Assembly (NCBI GenBank): GCA_963790805.1
Contig: CAWBPL010000002.1
Location: 384,696-448,695 of the forward strand
DNA length: 64,000 nt
Direction of reading: 5' to 3'
Source of the DNA: Candidatus Gottesmanbacteria bacterium
GTDB lineage: Bacteria > Patescibacteriota > Microgenomatia > UBA10105 > UBA927
The notes below the pieces were generated by a model. It ran no database searches, was not told the origin of the DNA, and saw only the letters and a list, made by a program, of their open reading frames with translations. Below are positions 63,040 to 64,000 of this stretch, piece by piece (within the stretch, counting starts at the first letter, position 1; the number at the start of each line of letters is the position of its first letter). The position numbers were made by a program, and so were the translations under genes.

Positions 63040-63795
63040 TTATTTTCCATTCCGTTTAAGAGCAAATTCCTTAATTTCATTTGTTTTAAACGTTGAGTGA
63101 AATTGAAAGTGGTGATTGACAGCGAGTCGTCGAATTTCATTTCTTTGTATCTTTGTTATTACTCCTTTATTCATAGAATAATATGTATTTGCAAGTGACC
63201 ATAATATTTCGGGCACATGTGAGGAAATAATTGTGGTTAACGTATTGTTTCGAAGCATTTCCTTAAGAGTATAAAAGATTTTTTTCTGGAAATTCCAGTC
63301 GCTGCTCAAAAATATTTCATCAAACAACAATACCTCCGCTTTACTGTTTATCGCTACGGCGCAGGCAAGACGAAACTTCATTCCTGCGGAATAAGTAAAA
63401 AATGGCTCGTTGATATATGGTCCAATATCCGCAAATTCAATAATTGATGATAAGTGTTGCATAATATCCTTCTTTCTCATCCCGATAATTAATCCATTCG
63501 CCATAATATTTTCATATCCCGTTAATTCCGGTTCAAAACCGGATTCAAGATCTATCAGTGAGACAATATTTCCTTTCGTAATTACCTCCCCACTTGACGG
63601 CTTGGCGATGCCCCCAATGATTTTAAGGAGCGTCGTTTTTCCTGCGCCGTTATTACCAATGATTCCTATTCGATCCCCCCGTGCAACAGTTAAGCAAACG
63701 TTATTCAGCGCAACAAATTGCTGCCTGTTTGAAATATTGTATTTTTTACTTACGTTTTTGAGAGAGATAATTATTTCTGCCGGTTCTTTTGTCAT
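63040..63795 (-). CDS. Polysaccharide/teichoic-acid ABC exporter ATP-binding protein (Wzt/TagH-like)
   Basis: Walker A is GIIGNNGAGKTTLLK, the signature is YSAGMKFRL and Walker B is LLFDE. Confidence 0.9.
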   Translation of the reverse strand: MTKEPAEIIISLKNVSKKYNISNRQQFVALNNVCLTVARGDRIGIIGNNGAGKTTLLKIIGGIAKPSSGEVITKGNIVSLIDLESGFEPELTGYENIMANGLIIGMRKKDIMQHLSSIIEFADIGPYINEPFFTYSAGMKFRLACAVAINSKAEVLLFDEIFLSSDWNFQKKIFYTLKEMLRNNTLTTIISSHVPEILWSLANTYYSMNKGVITKIQRNEIRRLAVNHHFQFHSTFKTNEIKEFALKRNGK

Positions 63796-63797
63796 AG

Positions 63798-64000
63798 TTA
63801 TATATAATCATCAAAGCTGTCCTTGTGGTACTGGAAGAGAAATATTCCTACGCTGATAGTGAAAAGTATGAGTAATGAATTTGAAATTATATACGAAGAA
63901 TATATTGGGGTGCCAAAAAGGGAATACTGAAAGAGCATGATGATTTCAGTGAGAGGATTGAAGTTCCATGCATACCTGATAGTTGCTGGAATTCTTGAGA
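63798..64000 (-). CDS. ABC-2 type exporter permease (Wzm/TagG-like), C-terminal fragment, 5' end beyond window
   Basis: The minus-strand frame is open to the window edge. It reads ...IRYAWNFNPLTEIIMLFQYSLFGTPIYSSYIISNSLLILFTISVGIFLFQYHKDSFDDYI*, with the NPL motif typical of ABC-2 permeases. The stop is at 63798-63800, 2 nt before the ATPase start. This ORF is not in the ORF track. Confidence 0.6.
   Translation of the reverse strand, partial: SRIPATIRYAWNFNPLTEIIMLFQYSLFGTPIYSSYIISNSLLILFTISVGIFLFQYHKDSFDDYI

Overview
This window looks like a chromosomal segment from a small-genome bacterium, CPR/Patescibacteria-like judging by gene content only. It spans the replication origin: dnaN and dnaA, with DnaA-box clusters at about 36.8-38.5 kb.

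Left of the origin, in order:
- The end of an integrated element. It carries a large serine recombinase cut by the window edge. The 3' end of that gene overlaps, antisense, an unannotated tmRNA gene that sits 2 nt downstream of smpB.
- Envelope genes: a PP2C-like/beta-propeller membrane protein, a PH-domain membrane protein and a coiled-coil SpoIID-like protein.
- An 11-gene minus-strand block (7795-17030). It encodes an ECF sigma/anti-sigma pair plus a mevalonate pathway of archaeal/eukaryotic type: class I HMG-CoA reductase, the HMG-CoA synthase + thiolase + DUF35 trio, mevalonate kinase, phosphomevalonate kinase fused to a Nudix/IDI-like domain, diphosphomevalonate decarboxylase and UppS.
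- Two plus-strand loci flanking that block. Together they carry eight paralogous VirB2/TrbC-like pilin genes.
- A VirB6-like polytopic protein, a 1353-aa orphan tail-anchored protein, nadD and a four-helix-bundle gene.
- A relaxase-less, Gram-positive-style type IV secretion core directly next to oriC: VirD4-like ATPase, an extended PrgI/VirB3-like protein, VirB4, an M23 hydrolase membrane protein and two unknowns.

Right of the origin lies a glycan/cell-surface island of more than 25 kb that is AT-richer by eye. It holds two inverted paralogs of a beta-propeller + DUF5060-like + GH5-like protein, one of them fused to a WecG/TagA glycosyltransferase. It also holds a plant-type RGP/GT75 homolog, two O-antigen-ligase-like proteins, a radical SAM enzyme with an N-terminal SPASM-like motif, and several GT2/GT1/GT39 enzymes. 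The rest of the island is a DegT aminotransferase, an oxidoreductase, an SHMT-like enzyme, a cupin and a Wzm/Wzt-type ABC exporter.

I found no CRISPR array, rRNA or tRNA. All homology calls rest on motifs read by eye and need HMM/BLAST confirmation.
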